Shown: positions 1-10,351 of the stretch, one piece after another
Layout: every line of letters starts with the position of its first letter
Position numbering within the stretch: position 1 is the first letter of the stretch
Assembly: GCA_016618085.1 (NCBI GenBank)
Contig: JABLTG010000107.1
Span: forward strand, 1 to 64,000
DNA: 64,000 nucleotides
Origin: Neovahlkampfia damariscottae
Taxonomy: Eukaryota
Direction: 5' to 3'
Program-made: the position numbers and the translations under genes
Notes under the pieces: generated by a model
The model's input: the letters and a program-made list of their open reading frames with translations, nothing else
What the model was told of the DNA's origin: nothing
The model's database searches: none

Positions 1-359
1 CACCTATTACTTTAGGTGTACCAACATTATGGGTAATCTGTGCTTGTGCATGTACTGAACCGGACTTTGGTTTTTTAGGTGGTGTATTTCCAGCTTTAAC
101 GTTTTCTCTCATTTTATCTACGACTTGAGGTGAAGCCAATCCTTTTGGTAAAAGTTTACAAAAAGAAGTTGGAACAATTCCTTCAAGACCATTAAGTTCA
201 ACAAATGCCCAACCCTGATATTTTTAGTACAAATGTTTGTTTTACATCTCCTTCGTCTTTGATAAAAGTAACAACATCATTTTTCAAGACATTAAGTTCT
301 TCTTTACTTTCACCACTAAAATCTGCAACGATTAGAGCTAGCTGTTTTACTTCACTCAT
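1..359 (-). CDS. SH3-domain protein with Pro-rich region (3' part outside window)
   Basis: ATG at 359; ALIVADFSGESKEELNVLKNDVV...[GT-AG intron]...GWAFVELNGLEGIVPTSF matches the SH3 pattern. Confidence 0.8.
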
Positions 360-597
360 TTGGGTGCAGTTTGGTTATTGAAATATGATTGGCTAAACCA
401 AACTATCACTTTTAAAGAGATTCTTTTTTTTTTTGTTATATTTACGAAATTTACAATCTAAGAATCCAAAAAATAACGGAATTGTTTTTCAACCAATTAG
501 AAAATTGTGGTTGACAATTGATGTACTTATGGTGGTGACATGTTTGAAACTTTTTCTGTTGAAAATAGCATATATTCACTATTAGTGTCCAAGAGTC

Positions 598-1140
598 TTA
601 ATACATCAATATTGTGGCATAAATGTATTTATTGAAAAGAATATTAAATGAAATATTGAAACAAAATGATGATATGTAATAATCTTGTTTGCACATTAAA
701 GGTTTAAATAACATCCTTATTGAATTGAACACTTTTTTTTTTTCTTCATCATGCCTAAGTAAAATGATAGTTGAAATATATTGTTCATTTTTTTGTATTT
801 CTTCATTCATTTTATTCTTAAATACTAATTTAATTTTTAACCATTCAGTTGTATAAAAAATGTATTCTTCAATATCATCTTTTTTTGATTCTAATTTTTT
901 TGGTAAATATTTGGATAAATCATTATTTTTTAATTCTTCTTTTGTCATACCAAATTTTTGATATTTCATCATTTCTTCATTCTCAATTAATTCACCAATA
1001 TTTTTATTAATACTACATCCTAATTTACTTTTTTATATTTTAGACCATATTTGATTTACAATTCTCTATTATTGATTTTCATTTGTATTCCGATTCAGTT
1101 TAATTTTATTCAAAATATTTTTAAAATTAAATAACACAGG
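598..1140 (-). pseudogene. Degraded coding fragment, possibly the 3' part of the adjacent F-box gene
   Basis: The frame of ORF 598-972 continues upstream to ~1140 through three in-frame stops (NENQ**RIVNQIWSKI*KSKLG). Confidence 0.4.
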
Positions 1141-1283
1141 AAATGGTCAGAATATAGTCTTGTTACAAAGAAAAACGCCAGTTGGTTTGTTGGGATAGCA
1201 CACTTCAAGTTGAAAACTAAGTTTTATTCCAATAACACGACTAATTACACAGGAGTCTCAATATTTAATTAATTTATATTTAA

Positions 1284-1467
1284 TATTGCAAACATTGTAT
1301 AGTGAGTTTGCAATACAATTCAACAAAATTTCTCATGAAAAACCACATAAAATAAAATTGAAAAAACATCAAAAATTAACAGGACCAATGAGAAAATTTT
1401 CTTATTCAGACTTGTTCAGACAAGTCTGAACAATGTTTGAACAAGCTGAACCCAATCACTGATTGGT
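1284..1467. repeat. Cluster of perfect inverted repeats
   Basis: tattgcaaac(1284-1293)/gtttgcaata(1306-1315); ttcagacttgt-tcag-acaagtctgaa (1405-1430) followed by degenerate ~10-11 nt tandem units; ccaatca-c-tgattgg (1452-1466). Confidence 0.75.
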
Positions 1468-1662
1468 CTTCATGATATATTTTGCTTCCAAAAACTTTGT
1501 TTTGACATTAAATATTAAATCACACCTATTCTTCCAAATGAATTCATCATATTCTTCACTTAAATTATAAATTAATGAACAAGTAGAAATTAAATTGATT
1601 AAACTTGATGTTTCTGAAAATTGAAAAATAATTAACAACAACTCACAAGGAAGTGTTTTCAT
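1456..1662 (-). CDS. Short or truncated F-box protein
   Basis: MKTLPCELLLIIFQF...LISTC...IWKNRC F-box pattern; ends after 68 aa inside the palindrome cluster; CCAAT 10 nt upstream of ATG. Confidence 0.5.
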   Translation of the reverse strand: MKTLPCELLLIIFQFSETSSLINLISTCSLIYNLSEEYDEFIWKNRCDLIFNVKTKFLEAKYIMKTNQ

Positions 1663-1731
1663 TTCTTTTTTTATTGGTTCAAAAATAAAAACAAAAAAAT
1701 TACAAAAAGTTAAAATTCTATTTAAATTTAT

Positions 1732-2064
1732 TTATTCAATGATTCCAACAATTTCAGTTTCATTATAAAGATCAAATTTTTCTCCTTCAAATTTAACTTG
1801 TTGTCCTTTGTAATCTGGAAGAAGAACTTTATCTCCTTCTTTTAAAATTGGTTTTTGGTCTTTAAATCCAGATCCAATAGCAACAACTAAACCTTCTGAA
1901 TTGTCAGCTTCCATTTTTGAAGCAGATTCAGGAATAATTATTCCACCAACTTTAGTTTCTTTTGTTTTTAATGCTACTCTTTTAACTAAAACTTTGTTGA
2001 ATAATGGGATTAATCTTTTTGAGGACTAAAATATAAAATTAGAATGAACTTGTTCTCTTACCAT
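1732..2064 (-). CDS. HSP10: Chaperonin Cpn10/Hsp10
   Basis: ATG (2062-2064), 36-nt intron 2026-2061, then SSKRLIPLFNKVLVKR...GGIIIPE...GLVVAIGSG...GDKVLLPDY. Confidence 0.93.
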
Positions 2065-2183
2065 TTGAATATTTACTTGAAAAAAAAAGTTGAATTGATT
2101 TTTGACCAATAGGAATCTTTCGGAATTCAAAATTTATTTAAAATTTTTTAAATTGAAAAGACACAAAATATATTCAAATTAAT

Positions 2184-3306
2184 TTATTCATAAAGACAAT
2201 TTGAACAAATAAATTCATTTTTAATAATATTATCATCCAACCATTTCTTTGAATGATATTTCGATTGATATTCACTCATAATTTCATTTTCATTTTTTGA
2301 ATTCTTTATAATATTATTTTCAATTTCATTTATACTATTCAAATATTCTTTAAATTTTAATTTTCTTCTTCCTTCAAACCAAATGATAAAACTCAATTCT
2401 TTATAAAAAATAAGTGATAACACACTAGTGTTATTTACCTTTTGAATATAATGAATATTTACTTATTAATAAATGATAAAATATCCAAATAAATGAAGAT
2501 AATAAACAACCAATCAAAACATCAATTGAATAATGAAAATGAGATATTATAAAAATCAACCATCCAGTAATTGCAATTAAAATAAATAATAAATTAAATA
2601 ATAAATTAAAAGGTTGATTTAAATTATTATAATATAACCAAATATATAAACAAATACCTAATGAAATAGAATGACCAGAAAAGAATAAATCTGAACATGT
2701 ATAATTTATTCTTAACATAATTAATATACTTGATATAAATATATTATTTGAACTTAAATTACTTTTACATTTTAAATTTGGATTTGGTAACTAATAAAAT
2801 TATGAGAAAGAAAATACTAATTATAATACAATAGTTAATATAATAGTAATAGATCTAAATAAATATAAAATACCAAGGAATAATAATATTCTTCTTAATA
2901 CTTTAAATATTCTTCTTTGAAAATATAAAGTTCGAAATATTGTTAAAACTATTATACTATTCAAATAATAATCAGAGATATTTTCATTATTAATTTCTGG
3001 AATTAAAAAGAATATGGAATCAAATAATACTCTATCTTGTTCATTATTAGTTGTTAAATAATTGGTTAAATTTAATATTCTCTCTTTATCTAATGTTGAG
3101 TCTGTTAAAAGTAAACTTTCAATTTTTGATATTGTATTTTTATTTTTTAATATTCTCATTTCATCTCTTTTTAAAACAATATCTCTAACTAATTGTTGAG
3201 ATATTCCATTCATAAACCCAGAAAATAAAAATAAAAAAAAAGAAAATAAGAATGGTAAAACTCTTTTAAAAATAAAGAGTTTGAATTGATTTGCTTTTTT
3301 GAACAT
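2184..3306 (-). CDS. Sphingomyelin/IPC synthase-like (PAP2_C) membrane protein, 2 introns
   Basis: RSITIILTI|LPNP, TCSDLFFSGHS and HFHYSIDV motifs after splicing. Confidence 0.85.
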
Positions 3307-3366
3307 TTAATTCAAAGGTAGGATAAATAATAATCCATAGACTTCTAAAGTTCTTCCATGGATTAA

Positions 3367-3397
3367 TTTAATTGGTGGAATACTTCAACCAATTAAA
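3367..3397. promoter_or_regulatory. Inverted pair of CCAAT boxes in a 106-nt bidirectional promoter
   Basis: tttaattggt(3367-3376)/accaattaaa(3388-3397) perfect 10-bp inverted repeat between divergent ATGs 3306 and 3413. Confidence 0.6.
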
Positions 3398-3412
3398 CTT
3401 CTTCAAAGAAAA

Positions 3413-4126
3413 ATGATTGACGTTTTCCAAATGGTGTATTCATTAATTTTTTGGGGTTCTCTACCAGTTTGGATCTTAATGTTATTCTTTCCATTCTTAA
3501 AAGTTACTCATTTGGTTGTCAAATCAAATGTTATTAATTTACTTTTTGCCCTTCTTCAATCAATATTAATTATTTCAACCTTTTTTATTACAACAGATCA
3601 TAAACCTGGAAACTCAAATATATTAACACTTGAAGGATTTCAAAAAAATTTAGAAAACAAATATTCTGGTGAGAGAAAGAGATATATTAATATTTTTGTA
3701 GCACTTGCATTTACAAGTCATTATGTGTAATATAAACAAAAACTAAATGAAAGAGGATGGGATTTATTTGTTGCATCTTGGATATTTTTAAATTCTAGAA
3801 GATTAAAAATACCTCATATATTTATATTCATTTCAATATTATTATCTTCAATATTTGGTACTATTGGATTTTTAATTTATTATTTTATACGATTAATTTT
3901 AAAAAGAGAATATCAATTCTGGCCAACCAATCAAATTGTATTGAATGAAGAGAATACAAATATATTTATTGAATTTGAAATTAAACAAAATGAATCATTT
4001 ATTAAAAGTTTAATTCAAAATATTATTTATATTTGGTTTGGAGATTTATCATTTTGGAGTGAAACATTTTGTTTAAAAAATAAAGAAATATTAAAAGAAG
4101 AAGAAGAAGAAGATGTAAATTATTAA
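3413..4126 (+). CDS. ABA4-like (DUF4281) membrane protein, 2 introns
   Basis: Spliced product: PVWILMLFFP...SHYVGWDLFVASWIFLNSRRLKIPH...FGTIGFLIYYFIR, the ABA4-family HxxxxDLFV/GPxGxLxY layout. Confidence 0.7.
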
Positions 4127-4145
4127 AAATATACAAGATTGAATA

Positions 4146-5981
4146 TTAATTTATTTTTTCATTTTTATATAAAACTTTACCATTCACAATTGTATAAAGT
4201 ATATTTACATTTTTAATTTCATCATTATCATTTAAATTTAGAATATCTCTATCAAGTATAACTAAATCAGCAAAATAATTATTTTTAATCTTTCCAATTT
4301 TATTTTCAGTAAAACTTAAAAATGATGCAGTAGATGTATAAGACTTTAATGCATCTTCAATAGAAATAGATTCATCAATATTAAAACCATTTGGATATTT
4401 TTTTGTTTTTCTTGTAACTGCTGCATAAATTGATTCAATTGGAGATATTGGTGATATTGGCCAATCAGCACCAAAAGATAATTTAATTCCTTCTTTTAAA
4501 ATGGATTTAAATAAAAATAAGTTTTTAAATCTATCACCAATTAATTGTTCTGCATATTCAGAATCTTCAATTAAATGATAAGGTTGCATAGATGCTGATA
4601 CATTTAATTTTTTAAATCTTTTTAAATCATTTAATTTTAATTGTTGCGCATGTTCAATTCTAAATCTTCGATCTTTCAATCCATTTTCTTTCAATATTTT
4701 TTCGAAAACATTTAATACCATACCATTTCCTTCATCACCTATTGCATGAATAACAACTTGTAAATTATGATCATCTGCAATTTTACCAAATTTATATAAA
4801 ATAGTTTGATTGGTCACAATAATTCCAGTATTATTTGTATTTTTATATGGTTGATACATTTTAGCAGTCATTGAACCTAATGCACCATCTACCATTCCCT
4901 TTAAAATACCAATCGTTAAATAATCATTATTTTTAAAATGTTTCATTTCTTCAATTAATTGTTCAACTTGTTTTATTTCAAATGCTGATCTAATTCTAAT
5001 TTTTAATTTATCTTCTTTATTCAATTTTTTATAAATATTAAATGTTAAAGATGAACTTAAATCATTTATGAATGTAATACCATTCTTTAATAAATGATTC
5101 ATTGATTTAATTATACTTATTTCATCCTCTTTTTCATCTATTGGTATTAACTATTTAACATGTGATTAATAATAATAATAAATAATACTTTTGATATTAA
5201 ATTCATTGCATTTTCTTTTAATATTCCAGTTAATTCACCATTCTCATTTCTTTCAATTTCACCACCATCTGGATTCTTTGTATATTTTGTTATATTTCCT
5301 AATTTTAATGCAATTGAATTAACTAATGCTTGATGTCCATCTTTTCTAACTAAATAAATTGGATTATTTGAACCAAATGAATCAATCCAACTTTTATTTG
5401 GTAAAGTACCACCCCATTCAAAATGATCCCATCTTCCTCCTTGAATCCATTTATTTTCTTCTTGTTTTTTTATATATTCCCTTAATTTATATTTAAATTC
5501 ATTAATTGAACTTATATTTTGTAAAACTATTCCTTGATAATATAATCTTGAACCTGATAATAAATGACAATGTGTATCTATAAATCCAGGTGAAATAAAC
5601 ATTTTATTTTCTCCATCAATAATTTCTGTATTCTTTAAAATTAATTTTTCAATCTCTTTGCTTGTTCCAATTTTAAATACTATAAATTTTAAAATTCAAT
5701 CTATCGATCTTACTTTTTCCATCAGTTCCTATTGCAATAGCTTCTTTATATTCTTCTTCTTCTTGTATCCATACTTTTGAATTTAAAATTACTAATGATA
5801 TCTCTGGTATTTCAATTGAACTCTTAATAAACATATGATAAATAAAAATTATAGGTAAAGAAAAAAAAGAAATAAAAATAATAATTGAAATAATAATTAA
5901 AATTAAATAAATTAGTTTTTTAAAGTAGTAATCCTTCTTGATAATTTCTTGTTCTTCTTGTAATGTTGAATAATAATTCAT
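4146..5981 (-). CDS. Amidohydrolase_3 (YtcJ/LAF3-like) with N-terminal membrane anchor, 2 introns
   Basis: PGFIDTHCH, DGHQALVNS, DGALGSMTA, IHAIGD, RIEHAQ, GADWP motifs. Confidence 0.9.
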
Positions 5982-6025
5982 TTATAAAAAGTGGTGTTGA
6001 AATCTGATTGGATAAATATATCAAG

Positions 6026-7934
6026 ATGTTTAAAAAATCAATTTTGAGACCAATTTTGAATCAACAAAAGAGAACTGCAATTGTTAGTTTTACATGGATG
6101 TTTAAAGTAGCATTGGTTAGTAGTGGTACTATTGGATTTATTCTATATCAAAGATGGAATAGGTAAGAAATATTATCGTATTAATATTTGATTCAAGAAA
6201 TGTTGCTAACCAAATGATTTATATAAGAAAGGCTTTATCAAGTACACCTAAATATGAAACACCACATTTATTTTGCTCAAGACCAAATCAGATTCAAGTA
6301 AATAATAATTTAAACAATAACCCTTTTTTTTTTATTAAAGAAATTTGTTCAATATTTTAAAACTTCACCTTCTGGTAGTTTAGTAGTTGTTGGTCCAGAT
6401 GGATCTGGAAAGTCTAGTATTTTAAGAAAAGCTATTACTGATAGTTCAAATAAATTAACAATGATTGTTGATTTAAGAAAGACTACAATAACAACAGAAA
6501 ATGAATTTATGTTTCAATTTGTTGAATCATCTGGTTATTTATTACCAAATACAGATTGGTTTACCAGATGGTTATTAAGAGAACAAGAAAAAAAAACTAG
6601 AAGTATTCATTCAATATCGATTCATTTCATTTTTATAGGTATACCAAAAATTGAAGTTGATAAAGCAATAAAATCATTACAAGAATTATTAATTAAAGAA
6701 AAATCACAAGGATGGTTTAAAAAAATATATATTTTTTTTTTTAATAATATTATTTAGGAGAGATGGTATTCCAATTATTTGTATTATTGGAATTGAAGCA
6801 ATTAGTTGTATTGCAAAAGATTTTTCAGAAAATGAAGATGAAGGAACAATGAGAAAATTCTTTAATTTTTGTGTTTATTGTTCTGATCATCGTTTATGTC
6901 ATATTATAATTGTAACAAATTATAATTTTTCACATGATGTTTTGGATAAATGTAAATTTTATAAATTAAAATATTTTAAAGATCCTGCATGGTTTATTAG
7001 AAGAGAAGTATTAGATATTCATTATACAGGTGAATCAACTATTTTAAATTTTATAAATAATGATGTTAATCCATATTTAGAAATGGAAGGAAAATTAAAA
7101 ATTAATCAAAATGAATTAAAATATTTATGGAAGAATATAGGTGGTAATTTAACTGATATTAATACAATTATAACATCTATAATGAGAGGTGATTTAATAT
7201 TAGATGCAGTAGATAGATTAGTAATTGATAGTGTAAAAAAAGTACAAGATATTTTAGAATCAATAATTGAAGAAGCAATTGAAAATGAAACAAAAAAGAT
7301 AACTTTATTAGAAAAATATTTAAGATTTTGGAGAATGATGAAAATATTTACACAAGTTAATTCAATTTCAAGAGCAGATTTAATTAGAAATATATTTTTA
7401 GAACATCCAGGTGAATTAGATGAATATGAAAATATACAAATAATATCACATTGGCAAAAGAGATTAAGAGTTATTTCACATAATACAAATGATTTAAAAG
7501 AAGAAGAAAATAAATTTGAAATTGAAAATCGTGTAAATTTAAGTTCATTAGTAGTTGTACCAGGTAAAAAAAAAGAATGATTAAAATATAAAGCATCATC
7601 TCGTTTAAGAATTGCATTTCAATTAATTTTAAATGATGACAGAATGAAAGAACAACATTTAAGAGCAGAATGGAATTTAAAAAAAGAATTATTAGTTCAA
7701 AAGAAATTAAATCTTGTTATTGATTTTAATAGAATTCAATCATTAAGAAAAGATTATTTTTCAGAATTTATGAAAGTTATTGAAACACAACATTATTTAA
7801 ATAAAATAATGAATGAAGATGAATTAAAAAATGAAATATTAGATTTAATGGAAAAATGGAGAAATTTAAATAGAAGAGTTAAAAGTGTAGAAAAATTATT
7901 AAATGATATTGATAAAGTAATTTATAAAAATTAG
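6026..7934 (+). CDS. P-loop ATPase (ATPase_2/AAA_16-like) with presequence-like N-terminus, one TM segment and C-terminal coiled coil, 6 introns
   Basis: ATG 6026; Walker A VVGPDGSGKS after splicing; ORFs 6461, 6849 and 7644 join in frame through GT-AG introns. Confidence 0.7.
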
Positions 7935-8941
7935 AGAGATTCAAATGTTAAATATTTTCCAAATAGAAAATGTTGCATAACAACAAATTTATCTAATACT
8001 TCACCTTTATACATTTTTAACATACCAGATGATACTTTTTCCCAATGTTCAACTGTTGATATTCCATTCAAAACAGATGAATGTTCACCAAAATTACCTT
8101 TTTTTACTTTTTTAATAAATTGAATTGCTTTTAAATACATATAATCATCTGAATAATCTTTTAATATTTCATTAGAATGAATATGTTTTGGTTGAATAAT
8201 ATTATGATTAATTAATTGATGTGCACCCAATAAAAATGGTAAAAATTGATAATCATCTAAACCCCAAACACCACGTGCTCCTGCAGGTTCTAATTTATAG
8301 GTTAATTGAACACTTCTTATCATTTCAAGATATTCTGGAAATATTTTTGAAGGAAATACAATAATTTCTGTTTTTGAAATTAAATTCATTTTATGTAAGA
8401 CATACATCCATGCTGTAAATGCTGCTTCATGTCCTGTACCATAATCAATTCTAGTATTATTTCCAAAACTCTCTTTAAAATATGATGACAATTCAACTAT
8501 TTTCCAATGTTCTATTTTTTCATCTTTCGTTTTTAAAATAGAAATCATATAATCATCAGATCTTTTACAAATCTCTGCAAAAAAGTCTCTGAATACAATA
8601 TTTCCATATCTTGATGTATTTCCTGTTGGTGGAAATTCTTTGATTAAACTTCCAATTTCTTGTATAATTTCAATTATTTTTAAAGTAGTAGTACTCAATT
8701 CAACTTCAATTGATATTGGTTTGGATTTGATAACTTCACCCATTAATTCAATAAAATTGTAAAGCTCTGAATATGCTTTTGATTTTAGCCAATCTGTAAG
8801 TTGTTCTCTCTCAAACAATCTTCGTACTGGTCCTTCTTTTTGATCAATGTCAGTATTTGAATCACGTGGTAAATTAGAACTGATGGTAGCTACTTGTTTT
8901 TTTTTTAGTGGAAAAGCTGTTGTTTGAATATTGTTGTTCAT
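7931..8941 (-). CDS. PTPA: PP2A activator PTPA/RRD
   Basis: RYGN, FGNNTRIDYGTGHE, LEPAGARGVWGLDDYQFLPF, VLDKFVVMQH. Confidence 0.96.
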   Translation of the reverse strand: MNNNIQTTAFPLKKKQVATISSNLPRDSNTDIDQKEGPVRRLFEREQLTDWLKSKAYSELYNFIELMGEVIKSKPISIEVELSTTTLKIIEIIQEIGSLIKEFPPTGNTSRYGNIVFRDFFAEICKRSDDYMISILKTKDEKIEHWKIVELSSYFKESFGNNTRIDYGTGHEAAFTAWMYVLHKMNLISKTEIIVFPSKIFPEYLEMIRSVQLTYKLEPAGARGVWGLDDYQFLPFLLGAHQLINHNIIQPKHIHSNEILKDYSDDYMYLKAIQFIKKVKKGNFGEHSSVLNGISTVEHWEKVSSGMLKMYKGEVLDKFVVMQHFLFGKYLTFESL

Positions 8942-9095
8942 TTTATTTGACCAATGAAAATGGGTTTAGACTTGAAAATTATTTATTTTCTTTTTGTTGT
9001 TTAATAGTAGATTATTGTTTTTTAATAATTATCAAGTTGATTGGTAGGATCAATCTATAAATAATTAACAAATCAACTCTCACCAAAACAAAAGT

Positions 9096-10007
9096 ATGTC
9101 CAACAAAACTTTCACCTACAATTTGAATGCTCAAGAATTCTCTCCACAACAATTTTTAGATCAACTTGAAAATGCTGATGATTTAGAAGAGCAACTTTAT
9201 CATGATGAAGGCGAGTTTTATTATGGTGATTCATTTGAAGGTATCCCACAAGGAGCATTTGTTAGAGATGACTTTGATATACATTCTGGTGCAGTGATGT
9301 TTGATGTACCTGATACAAAGATATTTAACAAAGAAGATGAAGAAAATATGAATCTATTTCTTTCAACAAAAAAAATAGAAAAGAATTTGAACAACATTGA
9401 TAAAATTCAAAGTTTATTGTCCGAAAAGAATATGAAAACTGAAAATTTACAAAAAATTAGAAAAGAAGTTTTGAGTTGTACTGTAAAAAATGATGAAAAT
9501 GTATCTGAAATTGTTAATGAAATACTCTCCATTTGTTTATCAAAAAATAAATCAATTTACTCTGATTTGTGTTGTGAATTAATTAAATATTCACAAAATG
9601 ATGAGTGGTTTAGTAAATTTCGAATGTTATTTTTGAAGAGATTTCAAACAGTATATGAATCAACTCTAGAATTGTTTGAGAATGATAAAAATAAATATAA
9701 AATTAAAATGCAAAAATTATTGAATTTTGTTGGTGAATTATGGTCACGAAATATTTTAGGAGATCAAATTTTAATTTCAATTGTAAACTCAAATATTAAA
9801 GAAATCGATGTTATATTCCCATTCTTCACTAAATTTGGTACAAAATTATTACAAAAACTAGAAAAACAAACAGATGAATTTTTCGATGTATTGGATTCAA
9901 TTGCAATAGAAAAAACAACCAGTATGGAGGATAAAAAATCAATCAAAAAGTTGAAGGGTTTTAAAAAAAATAAATTTATAAAACCAAACAAGTCTGTAAA
10001 AAAATAA
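9096..10007 (+). CDS. PAM2 + MIF4G protein (PAIP1-like architecture)
   Basis: N-terminal NLNAQEFSP (PAM2-like); YSDLC...FRMLFLKRFQ...LLNFVGELW (MIF4G-like). Confidence 0.65.
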   Translation: MSNKTFTYNLNAQEFSPQQFLDQLENADDLEEQLYHDEGEFYYGDSFEGIPQGAFVRDDFDIHSGAVMFDVPDTKIFNKEDEENMNLFLSTKKIEKNLNNIDKIQSLLSEKNMKTENLQKIRKEVLSCTVKNDENVSEIVNEILSICLSKNKSIYSDLCCELIKYSQNDEWFSKFRMLFLKRFQTVYESTLELFENDKNKYKIKMQKLLNFVGELWSRNILGDQILISIVNSNIKEIDVIFPFFTKFGTKLLQKLEKQTDEFFDVLDSIAIEKTTSMEDKKSIKKLKGFKKNKFIKPNKSVKK

Positions 10008-10020
10008 AATGATATTTATT

Positions 10021-10350
10021 TAGACTTACATCCAATTGGTTGTCTAAAACACCAAAGTTGCCTTTGATCAAAAAGTAATCATAACACAATGATGTTATTC
10101 TCCCAGGTGTGACTTGTCATTAATTTAACCAGGGATGGCACCATATGTTGCATTCTATTTCAATATTATTGGATCGGGATTGATCCATGACAATTTCATG
10201 ATTTTACTATTTTTCATACCCTTTCTTTTCCAAGAAATAGTTGTATGTATCCACATTGTGCTTGAAAAGAAAGGGCCTTACAATAACGTAGAGAACAATG
10301 GGGGAATTAAAGAATGAGTATCCAAAACACTGGGTTTCAATGAATGGTCA
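10021..10350 (+). ncRNA. Candidate structured non-coding RNA, class unassigned
   Basis: GC-enriched 340-nt gap between convergent genes; 12-bp perfect stem 10219-10230/10264-10275, long-range pairing 10095-10105/10299-10310, several small hairpins; strand inferred from G-U pairs. Confidence 0.4.
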
Positions 10351-10351
10351 A

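Noticed and set aside
10135..10317. 60-aa ORF inside the structured island
   Set aside because: No recognisable motif and it coincides with strong stems; likely incidental.
10021..10350. Assignment to U1, U2, U3, U5, U6, SRP, RNase P/MRP or telomerase RNA
   Set aside because: Only partial resemblances (gccttt, agagaa, acactgggtttca); diagnostic motifs are missing, so no class was assigned.
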